A stretch of DNA of 64,000 nt from Eledone cirrhosa (taxonomy: Eukaryota), in the NCBI GenBank assembly GCA_964016885.1, contig OZ024741.1:352098001-352162000 (forward strand). The letters run 5' to 3'. Below are positions 38,872-53,477 of the stretch, piece by piece (the first letter of the stretch is position 1; each line of letters opens with the position of its first letter). The translations under genes and the position numbers were made by a program. Under the pieces are notes generated by a model that made no database searches, was not told where the DNA came from, and saw nothing but the letters and a program-made list of their open reading frames with translations.

Positions 38872-39223
38872 CAGGGTGTTCAAAAAGTCTCCCCACAGTG
38901 AGTATTTTATTTCGAAATTAAACAAAATAATGTAAAACGAAATGCGAAATAAATACAAAATTCTTTATAAGAGGTGTTAAGTGTCATCCTTCATTTTCAA
39001 TACATGTAGAACAACAGTATTTGGAAATATTTCACTTGAACTTTTGTTTTACAGAATCTGTGTATATATTTCCAGTTCTAAAAACTTCATTCTTTAATGG
39101 TTAGCATATTGATATGATGAAGGCAATGACAGACACATGGCTGAGCTTAGCTTAGAAGCAACAAAGTTATGTATGCACAGTTTGACAAAATACTCCATAC
39201 AGAGAGACATTTTGAATACCCTG
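38872..39223. mobile_element. Tc1/mariner-type MITE
   Basis: TIRs CAGGGTGTTCAAAAAGTCTC and GAGACATTTTGAATACCCTG, with TA on the left flank. Confidence 0.8.
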
Positions 39224-39442
39224 TGTGTGTGCGTGTAACCTTTTTATTACTTTATTTTTAATAAACATCACAGCCTATGATTTTCAAAATGATTTTTGAA
39301 AATCATAATCAGAAATTTGATAGAACTTTCTCATTATGAAGCTGGTATTTGGAACATCACTTAACATAACATTGTACATCTAAAGATATTTTATGTGTGT
39401 AAGGACAGATGTATTTGTATATACGTGTATATACAGCCTTAG

Positions 39443-39474
<32 letters not shown>

Positions 39475-40139
39475 GATAATCAACACTGTATCAGCCCTTT
39501 TGTGTCTTTAACTTGTCAGACATTACAACTGGCTTACTATGCTGTTCCTACTTCACAGTTATTGTCTTTGAGCTGAATGTATTTCTAAATAAAGAAAAGT
39601 AAATTTCACTCAATTTACATTTAAGGAATTTGTAGCCACCACTACAAAATGTTAACATGTCAACTATCTGTTAACCTAGTGAGAATTGGAGATAGACTGG
39701 GGTTGGATAATTTCAGAAAGCTTTACAAGAGTGTTTGCTCTTATTTTGGACTTGGGCATATTTGGCAAACAACTTGATCTGAGAGTATGTGTTGAAACTG
39801 AAGCAGGTACATTCTGGAAGACGCATTCTAGTTAGTAACAAAACATGCATGCACACACACACCGTGCTGTGTCTACATTTTTATAACAATGGAATTGCCA
39901 GTAACTATGTCACAAAGGTTCCTATGAAAATGTTGACCTACAAAAAACTCCTTTGTGAATGATATAATTTGCTTTGCTGTTGTTGTGTGGTGTGTGGACT
40001 AGTGGTTAGGGTGTTGTAAACTCATGATCATTGGTTCCATTCCTGGATATAAATGTAATTTTTCCTCATATTGTTTTTTTATTTTGAAATTAAAAAGAAA
40101 CTATGATTCTAATATATTTCTTTCTTTCCTTCATTGCAG

Positions 40140-40443
40140 TAGTTTTCAACTCTATTTAAAAAAACAAAAACATCCCTAAACACAAACAAGGACTAAAAAC
40201 TGCCGCAAAAAGGATTCACTTTGAGTAAGTTTGAAAAATACTAAACAACACAGCCTTTTTGGATCATTTAATTTTGGGTGTCTACCAACATCCTTGGAGT
40301 AGATTTAAGTGAAAACTGTGGTGGACTATATATTTTGGAGGTGGTGTGGTGGTGGTGGAGTGAGCGACAAGGCCCCCTCCACACCTGAACAAAGCTGCTG
40401 CACATGGATCCCGGCAATAAACGAGCTCGTTTTGACAAGCCAG
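40140..40443 (+). other. Candidate host-gene exon (5' UTR plus start codon)
   Basis: Polypyrimidine tract plus TTGCAG acceptor ending at 40139, and a consensus CAG|GTAAG donor at 40443/40444. Non-repetitive and GC-richer than the flanks. Confidence 0.6.
40404..40443 (+). CDS. Putative first coding segment MDPGNKRARFDKP (phase-1 intron follows); product unknown
   Basis: ATG at 40404 with an in-frame upstream TGA at 40386, open to the donor site. KRAR resembles a monopartite NLS. Confidence 0.5.
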
Positions 40444-42299
40444 GTAAGATGATTGTTTAGCTTCATTTCATTTACCTATAATTGACCAATGATAGTTAGT
40501 TATTAGTAGAAAGAAGAGGTGGGGGATGGGAGTAGTTAGTTACTAGTTGGATTTTGTTCTCCTCTTCCTGCTCCCATCCTCTTCTCGCTCTTCTTGTCTT
40601 CATTTATATCAACTAATTCAGCTTGCTTAGATTATTCTAGTTACTGTTCTTGTTTGTTAGCAGGTTTGATATGTCTGTTTTCTTCACTTTCCTCTTGTTT
40701 TGTTTTTCACCTTTTCTTAAATAACCAAAACATAATTCATATTTCTGTGGTAGAATGCATGTTTTCTAAATTTGATGCTCAACCTTTCATTTATACTCTA
40801 TGATTTTTCTAAATAGTCTATAGCCACAAATACATGTGCACACAAACACATACATACATTTGCATAGACACATATAGTTTTGTTCAAATACATACAAGGT
40901 AAACTGAACATGCCCCCTACCACACACACTTTTATATTTTCCTTTTTGGTAGGTTTCAATGGTTGTATTCCTTGGTCTCCATAGCCCCCCACCTGCCCCC
41001 GATGGGTGATGTGTGTCTGTTGTTTGTGTGTGCACATACATTTTGTTGACATTTGGCGAACACCTTCTTTGCTGAAACATCATGGCTATGTTGTAAGAAA
41101 ATGAATAAATTAACTTATATAATTACTTTATTAGAAATATTGAGTTCTTCTCTTGTTGGCTACCAAGCTCACTAGATCAGAAACTAAACATAGCCAGTGT
41201 ATATATATATCACTCCATAGTCATGAGGTTCTGGCTTTAGTCTTGCTATGTGACACCTTGGACAAACGATTTCTACTATAGTTTCAGGTTGACCAATCAA
41301 TACCTTGTGAGTGGAATTCGGTAAATGGAAACTGCAGAGCCCGTCTTATATGTTTATACTTATATCACTGTTCATGTCTCATAACTTAAGAATTTAACAA
41401 AGGAGATCGATAAAATAGTAGCAGACTTGAAAAATTAAATCTAGAATGGGTTTTGTGTTAGGCCATTCTTCATCAGCAGGTGTGCAAAGAAAGAAAAAAG
41501 CACTCAATACACCCCATAGAGTATATATTGATACTTCATGGGTATGTGAAGAATTGGGCATATAGCTATTTATCTATGAAACACTGAGTAATAGCTATGG
41601 AAGTTATTAACTGATCACTTACATGTGTATCTACACCACACACATATATCTGATGTGCTTTGGCAGAACCTCTATCTACCTAATTTTACTTGCAAGGATT
41701 TGTCTTACTTAGGACTATGACAGGAACAGTTGACCAAAGTACTGTACAGTGGGAGTGAATCAGAAACCATGTGGTTGCAGATTAAATGACTTTATTGAAT
41801 GAAAGTTGCTTGTTGACTATAAAGTCTTTCACACATTATTTCATCTACTAACAATGTTGGCCACTCACCAAACCTTCTCATGCCCTCCATTACGCCACAA
41901 AGAGATCTGATAAGATAAGAGATCATATGTGTGTGCATGTGTTATAAAAGTACAGTGCTGACCTGGTTAACAATAATAACACTGTTTACTTAGTAGCTTC
42001 CTTCCCAACTTAAGATTTTCCATATCAGAAAAATAAACAAGAATTAGTTAAATTATTTTATTTTGTTATATCTTTCCTTCCCTGCTAGTATATATATATA
42101 TAATGTGCATGTGTACACACCTTTGTATGTGCATAAAAATGTATATATAACTGCTTTGTGTAATGAGTACTTTCTTAAACCTTTCATATTAGCAATTAAC
42201 ATGTAGTATGGAAGTGAATTCTTTCATTTCCATAATTTTTAAAATCAATAATTTGGATGGGTTTAATAATATAATTAACCTCATTATTTAGCTGGTGTT

Positions 42300-42478
42300 T
42301 GGCAGTATCGGTAGATGGTCGGATGCCATGCTTTACAGAAAAGAGTTATGGCCCTTTATGGTCTGAGTTCAAATCCCGCTGAGGTTAACTTTGCCTTTCA
42401 TCCTTACAGGGTCGATAAAATAAAGTACCAGTAATGTACTGAGTAATTGCTGGCCTTGTGCCAAAAGTAGAAACAATT
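42300..42478 (+). mobile_element. SINE family 1 inserted into a piggyBac-like MITE
   Basis: Target duplication ATTATTTAGCTGGTGTTTGG at ~42283 and ~42476. Confidence 0.85.
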
Positions 42479-43177
42479 ATTTAGCTGGTGTTTGGAACTA
42501 AAAGTTCTCACATTGAAATTATAATGGAAGGTTTTTAAACTAAACAACTTTGTATTGTAGAACCATGGGTGGTCCCAGGTGGTTTGGCATCAAATGTATT
42601 AGTATCTGTTGCGATAAAATACACTCAGCCCACTCTGTAAAGTGACAGTACTTTTTACAATAAAAAATATCCAGTTCACTTTTTAAGATGGTAGTGTTTG
42701 TGCCATGATAATACAATTGGATACCCACATTACAACCATTTCACATGTTTGACACCCACATTATAGACATGTCACATGTTGAACAGCCACATTTCTTGGT
42801 TTTGAGGTGAGCAAATGCAGAACTAGAGGGGTGGGGTTAGCCAAGAAAAATTAATTCAAATATACTGAGTCCTTGGTAGGGGAATGAATTGGGTCCCCCC
42901 AACAGTTCCAGTGATGTGTATTTCAGTTGTTCAATCAACAAAACAGCCTGCTCATGGAGTTATGTAAGTGGCTGAACCCCCCCCCCCCCCATCTCTCTCT
43001 CACACACACACACACATTTAATTCTCATGGGAGATTCAGCTTGACATAAGTTGGGCCTTTTGAATTACAGGTACAGTTCACCTGAAAGGCTTTCAAGCAG
43101 TTTCCATCTATCCAATTTAACTCACAAGGCATGAGTGGACTAGAGGCTTTGGTAATGAAAAGATTGGAAATCATTGA

Positions 43178-43233
<56 letters not shown>

Positions 43234-43635
43234 TGAAATTCTTTTCTATGTTTTCAGTTATGTAATTGTGGACACTAATAATCTTATCAGTCCTATTCTA
43301 CTCACTGTTTTTACTCACCTCCCTTTCTTTGTGAGTGGGTCCCCCTCCTTCCTCATTATCTCTCTTCTTTGTCTCCTTCTTTCTGTTTCACTAAAGATAA
43401 AAAGAATCCTGACTTGGTTGAGTTAATAAGGAATCAATGTATCACTAGAGTTAGTAAGGAAGCTTGATTACGTTTCATGGGCTGGTTCATGCTCTTACCG
43501 TTGGCTACTATGTACAACCATTCGTGCATACATATATACACACAGACATAAACATATATACTACATTTACACATACATACTATCACACACACATAATGGT
43601 TAGACATAGTCAGTTAATGTTGTATTGGTGTATCA

Positions 43636-43941
43636 CAGTGTTTCTCAAATGAGAAGCACTTGGCTCCCGGGAGGGGAATTTTAACCATGGGGATTTGGAG
43701 AAAGAATTAAAACCAAGAAAAATATAGTGTGCTGTTCTGTGTGTATGAAATACTAATATACTCAACTATAAGCATGATCATGAATTTTAACAGTAAAAAA
43801 AAAAAAACTAAGGCAATTTACTTTAATAATAAGCGCTGTAAAATTGTAATGGGAGGAAACATGGTGTTTCAAGGGGGAAAATGTGATATCTGGGTCTTTG
43901 GAATGAGGGAAGAAGGTGACGTGGGTCTCTGAGAACCACTA
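43636..43941. mobile_element. hAT/Charlie-type MITE
   Basis: Ends CAGTGTTTCTCA and TGAGAACCACTA. 8-bp flanks GTGTATCA and GTCTATCA. Confidence 0.75.
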
Positions 43942-44208
43942 GTCTATCATCTCAAACCTGTTTATATGGAGGTGTGAGTTGTGGCAGTTATGTGAGAAAA
44001 GTGTAATAAAATGAAGAAATAACAAAACAATATAAAAGTAGTGTAGACGATTTGTTTTGTGACTAGTAATATTACCTTAGTATTTCTCAAGCAACATGCT
44101 TATATTGAGCGGCGTTTATATCTGGTGAAACAAAAAGTAATATTAGAATAGCATCAAATTATAAATGTTCACTTGCTCATTTAGGTTTTAATATTTAACC
44201 ATATAGAC

Positions 44209-44340
44209 CAGTGTTTCTTAACGAGGGTAAGGGACTTGAGAATGAGGCATCTATATACAAACTTTATCCAATCATGATGAGTGCATTTTTTTTTTTTTGA
44301 AATGGAAGTGAGGTGTGGGACAGAAAGTTGAGAAACATTG
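44209..44340. mobile_element. hAT/Charlie-type MITE
   Basis: Ends CAGTGTTTCTTAAC and GTTGAGAAACATTG. 8-bp flanks ATATAGAC and ATATAGGC. Confidence 0.8.
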
Positions 44341-45120
44341 ATATAGGCAGAGGATGTGAAATCTAAATCAAATTTAACAATATATTTAATATTTTCGTTT
44401 CCATATTTCCAATGAAATACACTGCCTATGATTTTCAATTAGTTTTGGAAATACTATAAAATTTGAAGGGATTTAGTAATATAACTGACTTTCTCTACAA
44501 TCTGGTGATATTATGAGAGATAATTATGTGACATAGTGTTTACCATGAAAATATAATAGTAAATATAGAGTAATGTAAATGCTAAAAGATTAATGTTTTG
44601 TCAGACATGTAAAAGAAAAAAATAAGTTATTTAATTAAAAAATCAATAACTATCTCATATTAATTAGCAGTAGCACTAACAGCTTGATTCAGGACAGGGA
44701 CATATAAGGAAACGTATACACTATATTTATGTATAATAAACATAAATCTCACTGTGGGTATTTTAAGTTGTGATAATATCACAAAAATACTTCTGTAATG
44801 ATGTGAAAATGCCAAATACTAGTATTTTAGGATTTTTAGAATTGAGGCAAGAAAGCTTCTTATATACACATTTATGGACATGTTCATTGCATATAATGCA
44901 AGCTTGATGGGCTGGTATTAACAGTGGCCCTAACACAGCATGGTTCAGAGTAGAGAGAGGTATATATGGAAACATATACAATATGTTTATTTATAATAAA
45001 CATAAATATAGTCTTGCTGTGGGTATTTTCTGCTGTTACTAAGGCATTTATGCAGTCATTAGACAGATGTACTTGATATAGTAGCCAAATATCCCTCAAA
45101 TCACATATTAACATCTTTAA

Positions 45121-45371
45121 CCCTTCTGATAACAAACTGCCTAAGACTACCCCTGGTTTTCTAAAATAAAATGTCTAATTTTAAAGCCTCTGAGGTTTTG
45201 AAATAAAATTATGAAAGATTATATTTAAATATAGTTATGTTCTAAACACCAGATTAATAATGGCAAAATTAGTTACTTACATTACTAAATCCCTCCAAAT
45301 ACTTGATTATTTACAAAATTATCTGAAAATAATTAGCAGTGTTTTTCATTAGAAATAGGATAACGAAAGGG
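45121..45371. mobile_element. piggyBac-like MITE (best-delimited copy of a family recurring about 12 times in the window)
   Basis: TTAA-CCCTT...AAGGG-TTAA. The internal motif CATTATTAAGCTGGTGTTTGGAACATAA is also seen near 590, 6190, 39330, 42290, 46650, 49210, 50440 and 63570. Confidence 0.7.
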
Positions 45372-47329
45372 TTAAAAGGGGAATAGTACTTTGGGTAATT
45401 ACTTGCTAGATGCACTTTGTCAGAAAACAATGGGATGGCTATTGCTGGATGTCAACTGAATCTAATCTACCCCCCCCCCCCCCTCCCAACAGCAAAAACA
45501 CACGTTTTGAAAATATGATATTGACTCCAATCTTTATATTCTGAATTTACCACAATATAGAAAATCTATAGCCACTGCATCTACACAATCTAGAAATTAC
45601 AGCTAAATCTCCCTGAAATCATACAACACAATCTTTATTAAAAAAAAATAATAATAATAAAAGCATCTCCTAGATGGGGTGATCATTGTTTGACTGCTTT
45701 TGATCATTTGGTCTGATGGATTAGAGCTGAACCCTATCTCTAAATGGTTCTATTAAAGAAACCTTGCATCATTCTTCTTTTGATAAATCCAATCTTTGTG
45801 GCTTTCTTCAACTTTGCTCTTTCTCTTTCTACTCATTATGGTGCAGCATGGCTTTGATGAATTGTACAGGATTCCTTTTGAAGCTGTCTACCATACAGTC
45901 ATCTTCTTATTCATCTTATATTTGTTCATTTCTGGTACAACATATGTCATAATTCATTCATGGAAGCTAGAAGCTAGATGTGTGTTAGGAGATGTTTAAA
46001 AGTAGAAGCTAGATATATGTTGGGTAACGTTTAAAACTAGATGTTAGGCGCTGTTTAAAGAGATGTGCTCAACACACATAATCTGTTGGAGTGATCACTA
46101 ATAGAAGTGAAAGAAAACTTTTTTTTTTTTGGAGGGGTGTGGGTGTTCAAACATAGTTACAGGCATTGCTGTGTGGTTAAAGAGTTTGCTTTGCAACTAT
46201 GTAGTTTGGGGTTCAGTTCCACTGTATGGTGGCAACTTTAGCAAGTATCTTCTATGACTGCCTTGTATGTGAAATTTAGTTGATGAATGCTGTGTGGTAG
46301 CCTGTTTTATATTCATTTAATATATATATATATGTGTGTGTGTGTGTGTTTACATTTACCAGAGATTGAAAAAATAAAGTATGGGACTTGAAAAAAATAA
46401 TTACTAGGGTTTTTACGATCAATTCAAAATTTCTTCAACTACATGGCCCAAAGTTAAATAACTGAAACAAGTTAAAGGACTTTTAGACTCATTAAGCTTT
46501 GCATGATATAATACTTTTCTGTGGCAATTCCAAAATTCACTACTAGCATATTTATGTTAACCCTTTTGTCATCATATATTTAATGAAAAACACTGCTTAT
46601 GATTTTCAAATAATTAAAAAATTGGAGAGATTTAATAATTATAACTTTCTCATTATTTATCTAGTGTTTGTGACAAAGGTTTTCGGATAAATATGACCAC
46701 TTGAAGTAAACAAGTTTCTATCATAAAACCATCAGCAATTTCAAGTGCTTTAGTATCAAAAGTTACCCCTTTTGATGAATTAGTATAGCTAATATTCTTA
46801 AATATGTGGTTTGAATTGTTTGAGGAAAGCCTGTCCAATGCAAGTTAGAAATACAGGTATGATAACAAAAGTAAAGTATGGCTAACACAACAAAATAAGT
46901 TTTTACACCATTACTAGAAATAATAGTTGAATAAATATTCAACTATCAATATAGGTATCTATATTCTAATGACTGTAATTTGAAATTTAAATTTTTCAAA
47001 TGTTTCATAAGTTTCATAAGTCCACCTATCTTGTTTACACTTACACTTTATGTTTCGTAAAAGGGTTAGTCACCTTTTTTAAAAGAAAGGAAATATGATA
47101 TGGTGGCAAGTCTGCACAAAGGAGCTCAGCTTGTCATCGCACTCCATTTCCTTTATTTTGATAAAGGGGATCCTAATCCCCAAATCTCATGAAATATAAA
47201 AGGTAAAACTCTTGGTTTGTTTTGTTTTACTTGTTATTTTCACTCCTGTATTTCTAACTTGCATTGTACTAGCTTTCTTCCAACAATGATAATCACATGA
47301 ATTGCAAAGGGTGGTGGGAATAGAGCTAG

Positions 47330-47620
47330 TGATGCATGTTGTGAAGAGAAATGGAATGAGATGGCTGGGTTATGTGTTGAGGAAGGATGAAAGTGAATGT
47401 GTGAGAAGAGTGATGAGAAGAGTGATGAATACTGGTAAGGGAAATGGAGTGGGGTGGTTGAGTCATGCGTTGAGGAAGGATGAGAGTAATTGGGTGTGAG
47501 GAGTGGTGGAAAGAAGTAGAGGAAGATTGACATGGCTAAAGATGGGGTTTGGTGAAGGGAGAATGCAGACTATCAGAAGAAATGGAGAGGTTGTCATGGG
47601 ACTCTGCTTTAACAGGGAAG
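47330..47620 (+). mobile_element. Decayed RTE 3' fragment with internal duplication
   Basis: RNGMRWLGYVLRKDESECVRRVM, then GNGVGWLSHALRKDESNWV and RSRGRLTW. Confidence 0.6.
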
Positions 47621-49986
47621 ATGGCCTTAAAATGTTTGTTGTATATTTACACAACAAGAATGATACCTTCGACAGATTATTAAATAGCAATGTATCTCTT
47701 ACACTCTGGAAGAAACTCATACACTCTCTTTATCCTCCGTGCACATATACATGCACTGTTATTGAAGTGGATTACAAATTGTTGGATAGGAAATGGTTAC
47801 CTGTAGCATGTTTCATTTAAAATTTAATAGCTCCTTTACTCAATTGAAGATTTTAATAAAGGTTTTACTATATTATTTTCCTTTATTTTTATGTGGTGTT
47901 ATTAGTATTTTCTTTTCTGAGTGGGGATTTAAAAATAATTCAAATGGAGGCGAACTTTGTGGGTGGTGATTTAAACATAAAGATATGGGGTTTAGGTTGG
48001 AACATAGACATCCTTAATTAAATTAAATTTAAAAGAGAATAAAAGTAACATTTGAAAATGTTAAGGAACATTTTTAAGGAAGCTGCCACAAAGCAGATAG
48101 TTATAAATAATAGTTGAATGGGTTTGGTTAAAGTACCCTTCGAGACAGTAGAAAGTGAGCAGACACGCTAGCTATATACCGGATGGCTGTATTTAACCAT
48201 GATGCTGTCATCTGTCATGGTTTAATTCTCACTTTTTTCCTGTCTCCAGAGAAACTTTATCCAACTTATTCAGCTATTTTTTTTATAGGTATTTGCATTG
48301 TAACAACTTCCCAAAAGGAAAGTATATTTTCAAATTCCAACTGACCCCAATGCTTTGCAAAATTAACCAAATGTTATTTACACCTTTAAAAGTAAACAAA
48401 AATTCTTTGGGGGGGGGGGGGGGGGGTGTTATTTATTTCATACAGAGATTTTTTACCATCACTAAAGGCAAAATATATTGCTGCGATGTTTTTTTTTAAA
48501 AAAAATGGAATAAAATAAATAAAAAAATAACATTTTTTAAATCCATGGATAACATATGATAGAAATCATTAACTGAATTAGATTTTAAAAAGTCTAAAAA
48601 TTAAGATTTAAAAAAAAAAGGTGGGGAGGTGTGTGAAAAAATCATACCCTATCTGAGATCGTCCATCACATAAAACCAAAATATATTGTCAAGTATGTTA
48701 CTGTTATTTCCTCATTTTTCAACCTTTTAGAAAACTGGACATCGTCAATAAATGGAAAGTCAGTGATGGGTATGTTTTCTCCAGTTATCTATAATTCTCC
48801 ATCGTCTGTCAGTGCTATTATTTCTATCTTTTTCTTCTTATTATTGTTGCTGTGTTCATATTAATTCTGTTACTGTAATGTGTTATTTATTTATTTATTT
48901 AGTTGTTTTTTTTATTTCCTTTATAAAAACATTTTTGTGGCTCCTTTTTTTAAAATGATCCACTACTTATTTTAGATATTATAGCCTCATAGTTTGTCTC
49001 CATCATTATTTCCCCTTATTTATGTCGCATTCCCCATATATCAATTTAAATTTTAATATATAAAGTTATAATAAGGCCTGTTTAAATTGGCTTTATGATG
49101 AATTTAAATAATTGAAAAAATTATTGAAAATAAGCCTTCTTTTTTACTCTTTTTCAAATAATTTTGAAAATAAGAATTTAGATGGATTTAGAAATATAAC
49201 TCAATTTCTCATTAAGTCAGTGTTTGGACCATAATTCAAAGGTTCTTACATAAAATCACATAGATTTATGATGGAAAGTCTTTAGATAAATTTATATAGA
49301 TTAAAACAGTTTTATATCATTGGACCAGGTGCAGTTTCTGGCAGTTTGGCATCAAAAGGAAGTTTTTTCAGATTGCTTGAAACAGTTGACACATAATGTC
49401 ATGATAGAACTGGTAATGAATTTTTAAAAATGACAAGAAATCACTTATGAGAGGCTGGCATAATGTCACCTCTGTTGATAAATCATTATTGGAGTTAATT
49501 AGAGTTAAAAGGTGTGTAAGGAATTAACAGGTTGTTTACTACATTGCCATTAGTATTGGAGTAGACCAGAAGAAATAAGAAAAGATGGGTCCAAACAGAT
49601 CAGTTGACATGGCCTAGCATCTTTCAATGATCCTATTCCTTTCGAATTCTAGTTATGTTTAGTTCTGTTATTAAGTACATCATGTACATTATAGCCATTA
49701 ATAGGAAGTGGGACGTATTACCAGCTGTGTATGTGTTAATCAAACCCAAAGATGCAGTTTTCAGCTACATACAGGCGGATGGTAGAATTGGTAAAGCTGT
49801 TGGATTAAAATACCTTGTGGCATTTAAATTTGTCCACTTTGAGTCTCATTGTTTCATTATTTAAGGGTGAATAAAACAGTTAGTGGGGTTGATGTGATTG
49901 AATTCATCATTTAATGTGGAAACCCATCATGGTCGCAGTCTAATGATTGAAACCTTTAAAAGAGGACTAGGATGCTGCTGCTGCTG

Positions 49987-50036
<50 letters not shown>

Positions 50037-51788
50037 GATAATAATATTAATAATAACAATATTTTGAATAATAAGATGAATAATAAAAAAAATCATTAAT
50101 AATATATGAATAACGGGAATAATTTATTTTTGAATTAAAACCATTGATTGTAGTCAGAAGAAAACCAAATGAATAGTAATCCTTAACAAATATGGCTGCA
50201 TTAAACAGTAAGTGACCAAATTCAGCTATATTCCACCCAGTCTAGGCCAGTCATACTCAAGAAGACCTATGGCGAAGGAGTCTCCAGTTGTGACCCCCCC
50301 CCCCCCCCCCCCACACACACACACATTGTTCTCATTTTCATTTTCAGGCAGTGGAATACACAATCCAGTCTGTTCCCCCACCCCCCACACTTTTTAAAGA
50401 CAGGTGTAATTTAACAGAAATTTAGCTGCTCGTTATTAAATTGGTATTTGGAACATAACTCAACAAAAGTTCATATGTAAAATTGTGATTAAATGGTTTT
50501 AATAGATTTAAAAATAAATAGCCCTGTGTCATACAATCAGGGGTGGTCTAGTATTAAAAGAGTTAAGAAAAAAAGGATTTGTAAAAAAGATAATTTGACA
50601 TTTATATTATTCTGTTAAATCTTGTCGAAGTTTTATTTAATTTGTTTAAAATATTTAAACTGACAAACACATTCTTTTAATAATAATTGTGACTTTAATA
50701 TAATTATTGAATCTAATATTTTGGAGGTTTTCATTAAATTAAAAATTAAATGCACATAAAAACAGAACATAATACTGCATGGGTTACATTTGGAAACCTG
50801 GTGTGTGTGTGTGTGTGTGTGTGTGTGTGCACTCACACACATACACTTTCTGGGCTTTTCTGGTGAAGCTTAGCAAATACACAATTTACTGAAACACGCT
50901 GTAAGAATACAAATATCCAATACTGTTTTTGACTGACAGTTCTTTCTTGCTTGCCATGTACTCCCCCACCCACCACCACAACCACCACAGCACTTTTTGC
51001 TTATATATATATTGGCAAAAGATGTACCCATTTAGGGAGAAAACTGGTGAACCATGTGTTTAACAAACTGACCATATCCCGCCAGAATTCTCTCACCTCT
51101 TTCTGTTCAAACCAGCCATAACTGGCTGCTCATAGTTAATGTTATTGTTCTCAAAATAAATAATATCAAAATCTCGTAGATTTGATATTATGTGAGATGA
51201 TTATGTGAAATAAAGTGTTTACTTCAGTAGGGTTACATAATTATATCCCACCATCATAAATGTAGTCAAGTATTGATTGGTCCCTTAACCTAGAATCAAC
51301 AATACATCTGTTCACAAAATGATATAAAATAAAATGTGTCAGTGAATTAAGAAAATTTATAAGAATTCTTTTTTTATGTGCTTGAATTTATATAAATCAA
51401 TTGAAGGATGGGTCCTTTATGAATGATTAAACAAAACAAAACAAAAAAGCACTGGACATGGTGTTAATTATTTTAACCACTGCTTGTGTCTTCTTTGGTA
51501 AATGGCTTCTTTATTAAAATACACTATATTTCAATTAATGAATTAATAATTGAGAAATTTAATAACATTTTAAATTTAAATCGGAACTTTTTGAAATGGA
51601 TGGTTTTGTTTCATAAACCCACGGTTGGTTTGTATCAGAAGGGATATTGTAAAATATTAATTTGAATGGATTAATTTAAAACAAAATGTATCTAAAATCA
51701 TTATCGGGAAAACTAATGTTACTATTAAAATATCCTCCTTTATTATTATTATAAACTTGGTGCATGTTTAGGTACATAGAAATTTGTT

Positions 51789-53061
<1,273 letters not shown>

Positions 53062-53477
53062 TATATATACACACATACACACATGCACACACAAAACCTA
53101 AATATGTGTCGAGTATTGCGCTGATTTATGGTCATCCATATAGCGAACACTACACCACACCATGCTACATGCACATGTGTGTGTGTACAGTAGAAAGGAG
53201 GAGGGGGTATTTCTATACCTAGCCTGATTCAGATTTCAAAAAGAGAGATATTTTAATATTAATATTAGTTTTTTGTTAAGAATTTCAACTCTGTAGCTTT
53301 TAGTATGTTTTGTGATTGATATTGTATCTTTTGTGATAATGTTTGGTGTAGTTAGAAAAAAATATTTTGAATTTTTGTGGTTGTCATTTTTTGTGCAAGT
53401 AAGTCTTTTTGTGTAGTAGATGTAGATACATATATAAAAAAATAAATGTTCATGGGAATATTTTGAATACTTTGTAT

